This document shows positions 1 through 12,627 of a stretch of DNA of 64,000 nt, in pieces. The stretch lies in NCBI RefSeq assembly GCF_001194135.2, contig NC_068986.1, forward strand, positions 25,414,925-25,478,924. The letters are read 5' to 3'. Numbering within the stretch: the first letter of the stretch is position 1; each line of letters opens with the position of its first letter. Position numbers and translations under genes: made by a program. Source of the DNA: Octopus bimaculoides (Eukaryota). The notes under the pieces were generated by a model. It had not been told where the DNA came from. It ran no database searches and saw only the letters and a program-made list of their open reading frames with translations.

Positions 1-1625
1 GAAGAGCATCCAGCAATAGAAACTATGTCAAAGCAGGCGTTGGAGCTCATTATAGCTGCATAGTTCATCACTTCATGTTTATTCATCCAGCATGTGTCAA
101 CATGAAAACAATGATGCTAAATGATGATGATGATGGTCTACTACATAACTTACTATAAAGTCATCCTAAGAATTATATCTGTCTCAATTCGGTCCAGACA
201 ATCTGACAAATTACTTATACATAAAGATATCAGCTGCATCAGTAGTCTTGTTTAACCCCAAACATTGTGCTAGACGACACAGTATCAATTATAAATGCGG
301 AAAAACTGCTATGGGTGCAATCTGACTTAAGTACACTCTGCCTGCTTATTTTATCAACCCCAGAAAAATGAAAGGTAAAAATAAGTAGAAGTTGTAGGGT
401 TGGAACTGACAACATCAAGGGACCTAACTAAATCTCAGTAACAGCCAACCATTTCTGTCAATAACTGAACTAATAATGGTCCTTTTGGCACAAAGCCAGC
501 AATTTTGTGGTAGGGGCTAAGTCGATTACATCGACTCCAGTGCTCAACTGGTACTTATTTTATTGACCTCAAAAGGATGAAAGGTAAAGTTGACCTCGGT
601 GAAATGTATAGCTAGGTGAAATGCCATTAAGCGTTTTTGTCCCACATGCTCATGATTCTGCTAGATTGCTACCTTGAACTGAACTCGTAATAATAATTTG
701 TATTTCTAACATTGGAAGAAAGCTGGAATGTTATATCTACCCAGGTGAAAGTGTGTCGACAAATGGTTATACAAAAAGTTAGACCCAGCCTGAACACACT
801 GGGTCATTTAAACAGACTGGGTGTTGCCAATTATTTTTTATGCTCATGATCACAAGATTGTAGTTTCGATTCCTGGACCGGGTAGTGCATTTGTGTTCTT
901 GAGCAAAACACTTCATTATACATTGCTCCAGTCCATTCATCTGTAATTGACTAGTGCCCTTTTCAGCGGGAATGTTCATGATCTCAGTCACTGATATGCC
1001 AAGGAAACTTGATAACTGGCCCTATGAGCTTTAGGACTCAAGACAGTAATGTCCAGCATTGCATGATGGTGATGGTGATGATCATGATCATCATCATCAT
1101 GATGATGATTACGAGGACTTAACTGGCATTTTATTTTATTGATTTCCAAAAGGATGAAAGGCAAACTTGACCTCGATGGGATTTGGACTCAGGATATAAG
1201 GAGCTTGAACAAATATTGCTAGACGTCTTTTGTTCCGATGTGCCAATAATAATATCACTTTAGCTGTATTATATAGAACCATCTATTGACAGAAATGTTC
1301 ACACTTGCATATACACATGCGCATGCGTGTGTGTATGTATGTCTGCATGTGTTAGTAATCTTGTGCTTAAGTATGTACACAAGAATGAGTCCCTGTATGT
1401 GATGCAGAATTGAATATTTCATGTCTCGATCTGTTTTCCAGTTACTTGTTAGTTTTTTTTTTAATGCAAAAGACTACATTAATAAGACATTAATATCAAA
1501 ACCCAGTTCTGCCAAATTTTCCTAATTGATTGACACTTTAGTAGTTTTGTGTAATTTCAATCTGATAATTGCTTGCCCAAGGACAATGTTGAAATGATTG
1601 TTATTATTAACATATTATTTTTATT

Positions 1626-1972
1626 TATTACCTACACCTTAGCAAAGGCAGAGGTATTGTTTTGTCATATCTGTTTGTTTGTCCTTGGACAAGATACCTC
1701 AAGAACTGCTGGATGGATTTGTATGAAACTTGCAGGAATGTTTGACCTCGTGACTGGCATGAACTGATTAGATTTTGGGATCGATCCAGTACTGGACAAC
1801 GATTCTGGATTATTTTTCCAGTTATTTTTTTACTTCACTTTTGAGAGCGGTCAGGTTCATTTTTAGTATTCTCGTTTGTGAGAGCAATTGAGTATATTTC
1901 AGATATTCTCATTTTAGAAATTATCTCCAGCTAATCATTGAGAGGACGTTGGTGTTGCCTTGACAGAGGTTT
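1626..1972 (+). mobile_element. Helentron/DINE-1-like non-autonomous element (HINE-type), 3' end cut off by a SINE head
   Basis: The 5' end reads TTATT-acctacacc-8nt-ggcagaggt, a subterminal inverted repeat plus partial inverted copy (1630-1655). A short (GTTT)n tract follows, and the matching ccttgacagaggt lies at 1958-1970. This layout resembles DINE-1/HINE elements (recalled family knowledge). The 3' hairpin is missing. Confidence 0.5.
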
Positions 1973-2024
1973 ATGTATATATAGGTGCAGGAGTGGCTGT
2001 GTGATAAGTAGCTGTGTGAATCTT

Positions 2025-2250
2025 AGTCTTGCAAAACTGGTGTACGTCATCCTCTTTGTGAGGCCTCTGTCATTAGCCCTCGTGATGAGGAGACATGTAT
2101 TACATGTTAAGGAAGGAAGTTCAATAGGTGATCATATTTGATACCTAGTTGACAGCTTTCTTGATTGATGAAGCTGGGGGCCATCTGAGGTTAGTGTCCC
2201 AGTGGTGTCATTATGCATAGAGCTGACCAGGTTCACCAGTGTTCCTCTCT
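2025..2250 (-). pseudogene. Decayed RTE-type LINE reverse transcriptase fragment
   Basis: The minus strand translates to LVNLVSSMHNDTTGTLTSDG, like the RTE RT segment LVxMVxSLHxDMxGxVxxDG. Stops and frameshifts follow. Confidence 0.4.
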
Positions 2251-2860
2251 ATATATATGTGTGTATACTATTTTTCATTTTTATATATTTGAAACCTTCC
2301 CAGAAGAAGGAGCTGGTTTTTTTACATAATAACAATGATCCATCACTCAGATTTACATGACAATAATGGGGAAGAGTTAGATGTTGAACTTTAGTAATGT
2401 CTTGTACAGTTTTACTGTTCCATTTAGGGAGTAAAACTTTGTTTTAATTTTTGGTTAATTAAAATTTCAAAATACTCTTTCTTATCTCTTTTGAAACATA
2501 TTTTCATTATACTAATGACTTTTCTTTTTAATTAAAGCTGGTTAGAAATTATTTTTGGTTTGTTACATTAAGTATGGTAGCCTCTACTCATCTATGCATA
2601 TATACATTAGTATGTGTATGTGTGTATTAAAAGAAAGATTTATGTGTGTGGTGGTGGGGGTGGTTATATATACATTTCTTTTTTTTGTGCCTTTTTTTGT
2701 CCAAAACAACTAAAAAAATTGTAAAACACACGCACACACACACACACACACACACACGCATACACACACATGCAATTATAGTTATAGAATCATGAACAGG
2801 TTACAAGAGTATAACAAAAGATTGTGAAACCAAAGAGTTATAAAACAGGAGACTGAATAA

Positions 2861-3725
2861 CACGGTCAACAACTTTTGAAAAGTTGTGTGCTTCTTAAAT
2901 GAGATTAGTTAATTCCTATGTATTTTCATGTCCTGAATTCAAATATCACCTTGAAAAATGCTTATTAGCTGTAGGCTTAAAGATACATGACATGTAATAT
3001 TTGATTATCTTATTATAATGTACATGTGTCATTATATTTAAAGCTCTAGTCTGTATCTACTCTCTGCCTTTTTGCTTGACCATTATAGAGGGTTGAAGAA
3101 TAATCTCTTACCAATGTCCAAGCAAGCATCCTTTTGCTCCATTTGCCCTGGTACTGCTTGTCCATGGTTGAAATATTTTGGTAAAACCCTTGACCATGTT
3201 CATCACTAACTGCCCTACACTTTGCTGGAAATAAATCTAAATGTGAGTCCAAAACATGGATTTTACGTGACAATAACCAGCCTTCTGTTTGATTTTCCAT
3301 TCCCAGGGTAATTGGAAATATAGATTGCCATGCTACTAATAGACCTTCTTGGTAGTTCAATTATTTGGTGAGAAAAATACCACCAAAGCAACTTAAACCA
3401 TCCAGAGGACAGGTGCATTAGCTAGTTTATTATAAGTTTTAAAAGTGTTTGACTAGGAAAATCACTTACCTTTCACCTCAGCATATAAACTTGCACAGCA
3501 CAACCACCTCCTATGACTGCTGGAACAATACTGAAGGGCATTGGGACTGTGAGTGCAGCAAGAAACATACTGCCTCAAGCCTGTTGGAACCGGTTGTGAC
3601 CCGTATGTGTATCTTGAAAAGTAGAGCCAACTAACAGTTTTAACCATAATGTCCATTATCAGCGACTTAAAATTAGTTTGAAATTGCTACTCTGGTCTCA
3701 GAAGCATTTTGGTTGTTGACCAGTG
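2861..3725 (-). mobile_element. Internally deleted Chapaev3-like (CMC superfamily) DNA transposon, 865 bp
   Basis: The left terminus is CAC-GGTCAACAA (2861). The right terminus TTGTTGACCAGTG (3713-3725) reverse-complements to CACTGGTCAACAA. A 3-bp TSD TAA lies at 2858-2860 and 3726-3728. The element carries a transposase C-terminal remnant. Confidence 0.85.
3046..3360 (-). pseudogene. Chapaev3-type transposase C-terminal remnant
   Basis: The ORF contains KIHVLDSHLDLFPAKCRAVSDEHGQGFYQNISTMDKQYQGKW, matching the family motif KIHFLxSHLDFFPxNxGAVSDEHGERFHQDISTMEKRYQGKW, which carries the catalytic Glu. Confidence 0.8.
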
Positions 3726-4020
3726 TAATTAATTATGTGTAAGGTAAATTAGAAGTATGTCAAGGAGCAGAAATTTAATTGCAGCAGATGCTATGCCTTT
3801 ATTTAGTTATGTCTCTTTATGTTTTGAGTTCATGTCCTGCCCAGGTTGGCTTAACCAGTCATAATTTCCTGATTAATAATGTATGTACCGGTCAAGAGCT
3901 GTGGTGGATTAAATTGCTTAAACCCCTATTTGATCCTTTTGATACCAACCCACCTGAGAACACTCTTGGGTCTGTGATCTGTTAAAGTGAGTTAAATTAA
4001 AATTTTCCACCAAAATGATA

Positions 4021-4418
4021 CAGGCACAAACATGGCTGTTATGGTAAGAAGCTTGCTTCCCAACCACATGGTTCTGGATTGTCTTCTACTATAGTGTCTC
4101 CTGCTGTAGTGTCTTCTACTATAGCTTTGAACTGACCAAAGCCTTGTGATTGGATTTGATAGACAGAAACTGAAAGAAGCCTATTGTGTATATATATCTA
4201 TGTGTGTGTGTTTTTGTGTCTGTGTTTGTCCCCCTGCCATCACTGCTTGACAACTGGTGTTGGTGTGTTTACTTTGCGTTTGGTGTGTAACTTAGCAGTT
4301 TGGCAAAAGAATAAGCACCAGGCCATAAAAATAAGTCCTGAGGTTGATTTATTCATCTAAATCCCTTCAAGGTGGTGCTCCATCATGGCTGCAGTCAAAT
4401 GACTGAAACCAATGAAAG
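4021..4418 (+). mobile_element. tRNA-headed SINE family B (internal TA/TG microsatellite, (TAAAAGA)n tail)
   Basis: The head reads aggc(g)caggagtggctgtgtggtaag...ggttcagtcccactgcg. An internal (TA)/(TG) tract follows, then the tail gctccagcatggccgcagtcaaatgactgaaacaagtaaaag. Further copies or fragments lie near 9935-10050(-), 11878-12080(-), 12676-12840(-), 14220-14435, 20900-21060, 32605-33003, 36545-36920, 42860-43320, 45250-45505, 48040-48335(-), 49151-49515, 49715-50050, 55105-55340, 58030-58200(-) and 59570-59745(-). Confidence 0.8.
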
Positions 4419-6746
4419 TAATTTAAGTTCTAAACACCTGCTTAATTATTCCATCCATTCATCTATTTTTGTCTCCTACTATTCTGAGGTGAGTCACAGG
4501 TATAGAGTCCTTAGATACCTCCTCCATAGGGTCCAATCAGAAACAACTGTCATTAATCTTTCTTGTCAGAGCTGTGACATTCTGATACCCAACCACTTCC
4601 TGGACCCACTTCAGAGTCACAGGATCTGCAACCTTTGTGCTTCAATGCCACACATACCAGAACAAGTTGCAGGTTTATTGCCATACTGGCATTGGGTAGA
4701 GATTACAATTTATTTTTTGAGCTAAGCTCTGAATATATCCCTTGTTAAACCTACACAAACAGACATTGCGATATGGTTATTTTCTCTAAACCTTTTCATA
4801 TTGCAGCTTTTGGTGAACTTATTCATGCCAGGCCTCCAAGCTGGCACTTTTATTGGACTTGCAATGCCTTCCTTAATACTTTACTAAATTCTTTATTAAT
4901 TTCAAAATTAATTGAAACTAAGACAGTGTATTTCAGTAGATATCATCATCATCATCATTGTCCATTTTCCATGCTGGCATGGGTTGGATGGTTTGACAGA
5001 AACTGGCAACCCAGAGAACTACACCAGGCTCTAGTTGTCTGTTTTGGCTTGGTTTCTATGGCTGGATGCTCTTCCTGTTGCCATGTGAAGTGCGGCATCT
5101 AATTCTTCCCCATTATTGCCATGTAAATTCAAGTGATGGATCATTGTTTCTATGTTACGAAGCAGCTCCTTCTTCTGGGAAGGATTCAACTATATAAAAA
5201 TGAAAAAATAATATATGTATGTAGCTGTGTTAACATTCGAAAATTCTACTGGCAAATTAAGAAGCACCCATGTACATGTACCTTCATACATTTCCATATG
5301 CATGCTTACACGCATGCACACACACACACACACATATACAAGTAAACTAAACCTTTACTTTGATTTTTAGAACAGACTTTGGTCTTTTCATGTCATCATA
5401 TTTGCATCATAAATGCATGTTTCTCATGAACTGGTGATGTAAGGCTGACAGGTTGGTCTACTGCTACAAGATAGCAGAAAATCCTAACAAATTATACAGA
5501 TNNNNNNNNNNNNNNNNNNNNNNNNNNNNNNNNNNNNNNNNNNNNNNNNNNNNNNNNNNNNNNNNNNNNNNNNNNNNNNNNNNNNNNNNNNTATATAAAG
5601 GAGATTCTTTATTGACAACCTCCAAATATAGCAACAGCATATCCAGTTATCTAACAGAAAGATTTTTCAATATCAGTTGACCATACAAAACAGGCACTAG
5701 TTTTGCATTCCAGTTATGTGTACTGACCTAAATACATGTCTCTTTGAAGATTGCTTGAGAGAGAGAAAGAAAGAAAGAAAGAAAAAAGAAAGAAAGAAAG
5801 AAAGAAAGAAGACATAGAAATTAAGAAGAAAAACAATCTGTGTAATTTCACTTGAAAATTATGTTTAATTTAAATGCTTAATAAGATGCAACTAAACTGT
5901 TTTGACTAAAAATGATATTACACAAGTTCAGTACATTCTGTTGGTTTATTTTAAAACCATGAAATGAAATCTTGGATTTTTTTACCCCCACTGAAAGCAG
6001 AAACAAAAAAAAAAACACAAAACAAGACAAAAAAGATCTATTTGCTGTTTGCATTTATTTGCAATTTCCTTAAGAAAATAGGGAGATTATTACTCATAAT
6101 TACATGATTGTGTGTTTTTATTTTGTTCTATTTATATCGAGACACACGCACACACATTATACACAAAAAACAAACAGAGAGACTAAACACACACACACAC
6201 ACTCACACACACACAAACTAAAAGCAATTGGTTTGAGAATTATTTCATGAGGAAATTACAAACTGGTTCTATCATCTGTGATGAACAAAGAGAAACATTC
6301 TTGGCTCTTTTTTGTCTGTTTTTCTTTTCTATTTTATCAATACCTTGAAGCAATAATTATTCTTTTAGTTCTGAATATTAGGTCATTGTTTTGTTCTTAT
6401 TTTTTTTTTCCATGGTTTTAGCTGGTGATTATTATTTAGAAAATGTTCCTCAAGACGATCCTAATATATAAATGGAAGTTGGAAGCATCATCTACCAACA
6501 TCATTCTAAATGCTTGCATAAAACTTAGTTAATTTTCCTTCTATCTGATATGATTATTGAGAAATAACCAGAGCATAGTTTTAACATAAAATAATCTTCA
6601 GTGTATTTTTTCCCTCCCACTATGATGACTTCGTTATTTATAGTTTCACATGTCTGCAATATCTCGCACAATTCGGAGAAACTTCTAGCTTATTCGTTTT
6701 TCTAAGGTCCAAGCTTCAGTTAGTTTCAGTCTTAATTTTCTTTTAA

Positions 6747-7188
6747 CCCTTTAGCATTTAAACAAGCCATATCCAGCCAAAATATTCTACCTCATAAAAA
6801 TCTGAAAGTTATAAGACAGTGCATGATTAATTGAAAACAATGTGAATAAATAAGCATTACATTTGACAAAGTATAAAGAGTCCCTTTGATCATGAATGAC
6901 CATGGGATTGAACCTAGAAAGTTCCCCTTTGAGGTACAAGTCTGGGCAAGGTTGTTTGTGGAAGGCCAGCAGTCACCCATGCGTACCAGCCTCCCCTCTC
7001 GACACTACTGATGTTATCCAAGGGAAAAGCCTTGGCACCAATGACATCGCAACTCATTTCTACAGCTGAATGAACCAGAGCATCGTGGAATAAAGTGTCT
7101 TGCTCAAGAACACAACACACAGCCTGGTCTGGGAATTGAATTCACTACCACATGATTGTGAGCCTGATGCTCTAATCATGTTAAAGGG
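6747..7188. mobile_element. piggyBac-like MITE interrupted by a SINE
   Basis: The left end is TTAA|CCCTTTAGCAT (TTAA 6743-6746). The right end is ATGTTAAAGGG|GTAA, a decayed TTAA. A partial related copy lies at about 12885-12975. Confidence 0.6.
6890..7175 (-). mobile_element. tRNA-headed SINE (family D head, distinct 3' tail) nested in the piggyBac-like MITE
   Basis: The minus strand reads ttagagcatcaggctcacaatc...aattcaattcccagacc (B-box-like), then gtgttcttgagcaagacactt...cagctg (CORE-like middle), then the tail ...ctttctaggttcaatcccatggtcattcatgatcaaaggg. Confidence 0.7.
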
Positions 7189-7354
7189 GTAATGATCTTG
7201 AACTATTTACTTAGGAGAAAACAAGTAATGTTAAACTATCAGAGAGGTTACCCATGGCACTTCTCTCAAATATTTCTATTTTATTTGATAAATGGTAAAG
7301 AAGAGAAGGCAGCCAAACGCTTTTTAGCCTTCCTACATTATGAAGTTACCTGAA

Positions 7355-7553
7355 GGCGGTGAGCTGCCAGAAATGTTAGCACGCCAGGCAAAATACTTAG
7401 CAGTATTTTGTCTGAGTTCAAATTCCGCCAAGGTTGACTTTGCCTTTCATCCTTTTGGGGTCGATAAATTAAGTACCAGTTGTGTACTGGGGTCAATCTA
7501 ATCAACTGGTCCCCTCCCCCAAAATTTCGGGCCTTGTGCCTAGAGTAGAAAAG
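7355..7553 (+). mobile_element. tRNA-headed SINE family C with perfect 18-bp TSD
   Basis: The head is ggcggtgagctgccagaa with B box gttcaaattcc. The body is ttgcctttcatccttttggggtcgataaattaagtaccag. The TSD attatgaagttacctgaa is at 7337-7354 and 7554-7571. Other copies lie near 480-660(-), 17781-17905, 18738-18960, 18964-19030, 40782-41000, 44009-44239, 54350-54690 and 63155-63385. Confidence 0.9.
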
Positions 7554-7639
7554 ATTATGAAGTTACCTGAACCCTTCTATCAAACCAGATTCAAGTCTAT
7601 TAAAAACTCTCTAAATTCCATATAGAGTTGATTCACTTA

Positions 7640-7855
7640 GCAACAGTTGAACATTTTTGTAGTTGTGTCCATTGCCTTTGCAGACCATTCTTAGGTTGGC
7701 AATCTTGAGAGATGGTGCCCAGTGAGAACCTCGGTAGGTCACTGCCTGCAAGAACGTGGTTGAGGAGTAGCTTGGCCGGGGGTCTTGTGTGAATACTTGT
7801 TACAGAGCAAACTCTGCTGAATGCACCCAAGGACCTGTAGTGGTGTTAAACTGTT
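7640..7855 (-). pseudogene. Decayed RLE-type non-LTR retrotransposon CCHC zinc-knuckle region (HERO/NeSL-like)
   Basis: With frameshifts, the minus strand reads NSLTP...SLLCNKYSHKTPGQAT/LNHVLAG...RF...LKIA. This resembles NxLPT..RWG..CxLC..xTLxHVLxGC..RxTWRHxxVLK. Manual alignment only. Confidence 0.4.
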
Positions 7856-8082
7856 TGTCCTACCTATCTTAAAAAGTGAGAGGCTGAGAAAGAGATATAG
7901 AAAGAGAGAGAGGGTCCAAGAGCAAAGAAACAGATCCTTTGTATTACATAATCATTCTCAACTCGAGAACTGTTTTATTGAGATTTGGGGAGTTTGCTTC
8001 TCTTTGTTTGTGTGGTATGATGTCAGCGACTGGGGAGCTGACCGGAACCATGAACTGACCGGAAGAGGAAGAAGGGCAGAGG

Positions 8083-8240
8083 GAGCCTCGATTAAGATTT
8101 CATGCCCTTTTCGAACGGGGTTGTGAGGAGAGGACATGCCAAGCGACCGTCTAGGTGTTGGGAGAAGCAGCTGCTATTTCTAGTGTTCTTCAGGTCGGGC
8201 AAGCCGCGAGGATCAGATACTGCAGGACAGACTCGTACTT
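8083..8240 (-). pseudogene. Possible decayed restriction-like endonuclease (RLE) domain fragment, CpG-rich
   Basis: The minus strand gives GLPDL...LTTPFEKG/HEILIEA with one frameshift, resembling RPDL...DVTxPFExG.xALxxAR of R2-superfamily RLE domains. A promoter/first-exon reading is not excluded. Confidence 0.3.
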
Positions 8241-8791
8241 GGAAGGAAAACCGAGTAAGCTGATTACATCTACTCGCACGCATACACCACAGTTTGTTAA
8301 TTACATTTTGCATTATATTAAACTTTCTGGTCAGTCTTGATAAGCACTTTGATCTGTAGATAAAAAGAAAAGTTTAAGTCGACAAGTTTTCTGCACTAAA
8401 ATGGCCTCTGATGTATGACAGACAGTTGCCTTTACTCAAGTAGTTTGAAGCATAGACATTAAAATCATTTTATAGTCACTCATTAGTCAACACGAAAAGA
8501 ACATTAGCATTTTGGCCTTTAGAAGACACAACAGTAGCCTTTGAGGAATCTTTTTTTGTCAACAGTGTGAAATAGAACCCAAAAGTCTGGTGTAGTTTTA
8601 AGAAATTTCCTGATAAGTTTTTTGAGTTAAGAGATTATCTCCAGCCTCAAGTGTTTGGCTGACAGCTGTTAGACATTTTGGAGTGGAATATTTGATACTG
8701 TAGTTGTTATCTTTCACTATTACTTTTGCAGTTTGTAAGGAGAACTATCATCCATCTACACAGATACACATAGGAATAGATAGATATAGAT

Positions 8792-8830
<39 letters not shown>

Positions 8831-10382
8831 AGGGAAGGGAGAGAGCCAGGCAGGCCAGCAGGCAGCCAGACAGTAGTAGTTTTGTGAATGAAATGTATTG
8901 GAGGGTTACAGATAAATCTATCTTGCTTGCATGTGTAGGTTCATGTGTAAACATTTGTTTTGCAGTTGGAAGTAATAAAAAAAAAGTGCTCATAAATTAA
9001 ATGAAGTGTGTGTGTCTGTGTGTTATTTTGTACTAAGTTCTCACACTTAAGCTGATTAGCTGGAAACTGGATGTCTTGTAAGAAGTCAGTGACCCAAATG
9101 TGGCAATTTGATATCAAACAAAGAAATTTGTATATTTCTTGTTTTACAAATAATAATTGTATTCTAATGTAGTATTGACTGTTGAGAGAAAGGAGACGGT
9201 GGGGAGGTCCAAATGGCCATCTGATGGTGTTAGTTTAACCCAACAAACAACAGCTTTCACTCCTATTTCAAAGCTGAATGGTTAGCAGCAGGACAAATCT
9301 CCAGTTATTGAAGGAATTCAATAGGGGCCATATTGTCCATTTTGATGTCATCATGCCAAGGGTCAACTTGGCCAAGTACCATTCTAGGATAGCTGACTGG
9401 CAGAATTGTTAGAATATCAGACAAAATGCCTTGCAGTATTCGTTCTAACTCTTTACACAAAGTCCATCTTACACAAATCCTCAACCTAGTTGAATGGTAG
9501 ACTTAACCACCTCTACAAGACCCTTCAGTGCCTTTGATGTAGTCTACTCTGTTACAAATATCCAGATCAGGCCTCCAGCATCAGGATAAGTTTCCCTTTC
9601 CTTCCCACAATCCTGGGAAGCCATGTAAAGGTCATGGGCTCTGCTTTTCCTCTTGACTAAGCAATTAAGAATTAAAAAAATGGAAAAAAAAAAAAATGTT
9701 GAAACTATGTCTGGCTCAGCAACTGGACCTAATTAATCCTTGGTACCATATTCCTCATTATGAGCAGAGTGGATAACAGTGACAATACCAGAGCTAATTA
9801 CTTGTAGCTGAGGTTAAGTTATGATTGCAAATCTTTCGCACTGCTGTGCCCCCCCCTTTTTTTCTTTTAAATGAAATAAGTCAAAGCAAAAAAAGCCAGT
9901 ATCCATGGTCTTGGCAAACTTTGTACAAACTGGTGAGATTAATGTGATTCATAGTCAGAAGACACTTGCCCAAGGTGCTGCGCAGTGGGACTGAACCCGG
10001 AACCATGTGGTTGGTAAGCGAGCTACTTACCACACAGCCACTCCTGTACCTCTTGCATGCATTAATTTCAACTCTTCTTATTAATAACAATATTTTCCTC
10101 TTTCCAGGTAAACTGACATCTGACTGTTCAAAGAAGACTTCAAAAGTAACCTGATATGGTCATATTCCATGAGACTATCTTTAGCCTAGGAACTTCTCAG
10201 CCAACCCTTCTATATCTGTTCACTTTAAGCATCTTTTCAACAGTTGTGAAAGAGAGAGTGACTAACCATTAACCAAAAGTATCCTGTTCTTCCCCCTCCC
10301 CCTCCCCCCCACTGTATCTTTTTGTGTGGTTGGTAAAGATTGCTCAGTGAACTGAAAAACATGATAATTTTCTTTCTTTCTG

Positions 10383-10442
<60 letters not shown>

Positions 10443-10777
10443 TTTTTTTTTTTTTTTTAAACTTCATATCACAAAGGAAATGTTGGATTTCTGTAATTTA
10501 GAAAAACAAACCCCTTATGTAATCATTATGATTTTAAATATAATCATTTCATTTCCTTATTTAAACTGGAATTAACTGAAAGATATCTTTAATCCCACCG
10601 TTTTAATCTCCATTCATTTTTTTTTTTTTTTTGCTAGACATTTCTTCTGCATCATTTAATTTGTCTTTGTGGTTTCTTTAGGAGTATTTCGGCCAATACA
10701 TATTGAAACTTCTATCAAAGCAAGAACAACTGCAGATTCACTTTTGTGTTTGCTGCTGCTGCTACATACTGTGGTGG

Positions 10778-10779
10778 TG

Positions 10780-10837
<58 letters not shown>

Positions 10838-10839
10838 CT

Positions 10840-10872
<33 letters not shown>

Positions 10873-11141
10873 ATAGCTGTAGTCATAGTAGTAGTAGTAG
10901 TAGCTGTAGTCATAGTAGTAGTAGTAGTAGCTGTTGTCGTAGTAGTAGTAATAGGTGTTGTCATAGTAGTAGTAGTAGTAGTAGTAGTAGTCATAGTAGT
11001 AGTAGTAGTAGTAATAGTAGCTGTTGTAGTAGTAGTAGTAATAGTTGTTGTCATAGTAGTAGTAATAATAGTAGTAGTAGTAGTAGTAGTAGTAGCTGTA
11101 GTCATAGTAGTAGCAGCAGCAGCAGCAGCAGTAGTAGTTAG
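10778..11141. repeat. Long imperfect (GTA)n microsatellite with GTG/GTC/GCA variants
   Basis: Read directly. It explains the poly-T/V/S ORFs at 10656-11151. Confidence 0.95.
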
Positions 11142-11412
11142 CATACGTTAATATTAAAACTCATCTGCAAGCAGTGGAAGAAGCAAATTTTTCTCACAAG
11201 GAAATTCTATGGTTTCGAGTATTAGGGAGTATTAGATACTGGCAGGGGTTTTCACCATTTCACACAGTCTTACTACTCCCTTGAGATCAATATAATAGAT
11301 AGAAGGTCACATCGTGAGGTCTGGCATTAAACTGATAAGGAAAACCTGCTCCCTCTCTCTAGACATCAAGTAAATTCAATATTCTCATGCTTTTTATCAT
11401 TTTACTTTCAAT

Positions 11413-11421
11413 ATATGTATG

Positions 11422-11496
<75 letters not shown>

Positions 11497-11549
11497 ATAT
11501 ATATATGTGTGTGTGTGTATGTATATATATATATGTGTGTGTGTGTGTG

Positions 11550-11581
<32 letters not shown>

Positions 11582-11600
11582 CGCACACACACATATATAT
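11413..11600. repeat. Compound (TA)n/(TG)n microsatellite (one of many; others near 17085-17160, 21628-21680, 37980-38295, 39028-40095, 57183-57385, 60330-60670)
   Basis: Read directly. These tracts give the YI/HT/CV ORFs. Confidence 0.95.
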
Positions 11601-12084
11601 AGAGTGCGATGGGTAAATTGTTGCCATTTTATATTTTTAATTTCATACATGAATGTTGTTTGTTTTTGATTTTGTCAACTACACAGTATAGTAGGGTCAG
11701 TTGGGCACTGTCTGTGAGAAAAACAGCACCATGACAGTTTTCACTCTGCCAGAAATTCAAAAAGCATCATACAGTCTACCTTTCACTTTGAGAGAGAGTC
11801 CTTTCATTGCCAACATATCCGGCCCAAACATTCTTCCTTGTTTTATGGCCAAATATAACCTCTTCAACCTATTCTTCCTTTCTTTTCTTTTCGACTGCAG
11901 CCATATTGGAGCACTGCCTTTTGTCAAACAAATCAACTCCAGGACTTATTCTTTGTAAGCCTAGTACTTATTGTGTTGGTCACTTTTGCTGAACTGCTAA
12001 GTTACGGGGATGTAAATACACCAACATCGGTTGTCAAGCAATGGTGGGGGACAAGCAGATACACACACATATATATGTAGATAT

Positions 12085-12627
12085 GAACCGAATCCGACGA
12101 CTGGCACTCATGCCAACCTCTCCTTCATTGGACACTAAACTCTGCTTGTGAAGACCTGTTGGGGCAAGTGAAATCGTAATTGAACCATACTCGATGACTG
12201 GTCACCATGCCAGTGGAGCACTAACTGCACTGTCGAGCGTGTTCATTGACAGAGCAGCTGTCTGGCTTCCGTGCTAGTGGCCTGTAAATAGCACCATTTG
12301 AGCGTAATCATTACCAGCGTTGCCTTCTAGCACTTGTACTGGTGGCACTTTAGAAAATCATTTGAGCGAGATCATTGCCAGTGCCACTGGACTGGCTCCC
12401 GTGCAGGTGGCACTAAAAAACACCTTTTTGAGTGTGGCCGTTGACAGTACCGTGTGACTGGCCCTCATGCCGGTGGCACATAAAAGCACCCACTACACTC
12501 TAGGAGTGGTTGGCGTTAGGAAGGGCATCCAGCTGTAGAAATTCTGCCAGATCAGATTGGAGCCTGGTGCAGCCTTCTGGCTTGCCAGTCCTCAGTCAAA
12601 TCATCCATGGAAAGTGGACATTAAACA

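Noticed and set aside
8175-8197. CTGAAGA...GAAA on the minus strand
   Set aside because: The six intervening bases cannot form stem II.
10656-11151. Long poly-Thr/Val/Ser ORFs (also 25288-25920 and 63319-63974)
   Set aside because: They are translations of (GTA)n arrays, with no splice or domain evidence.
11320-11345. 14-nt match to U2 snRNA stem IIa (cttatcagtttaat, minus strand) and a U1-like ctggcagggg nearby
   Set aside because: Similarity does not extend on either side, so it is consistent with chance.
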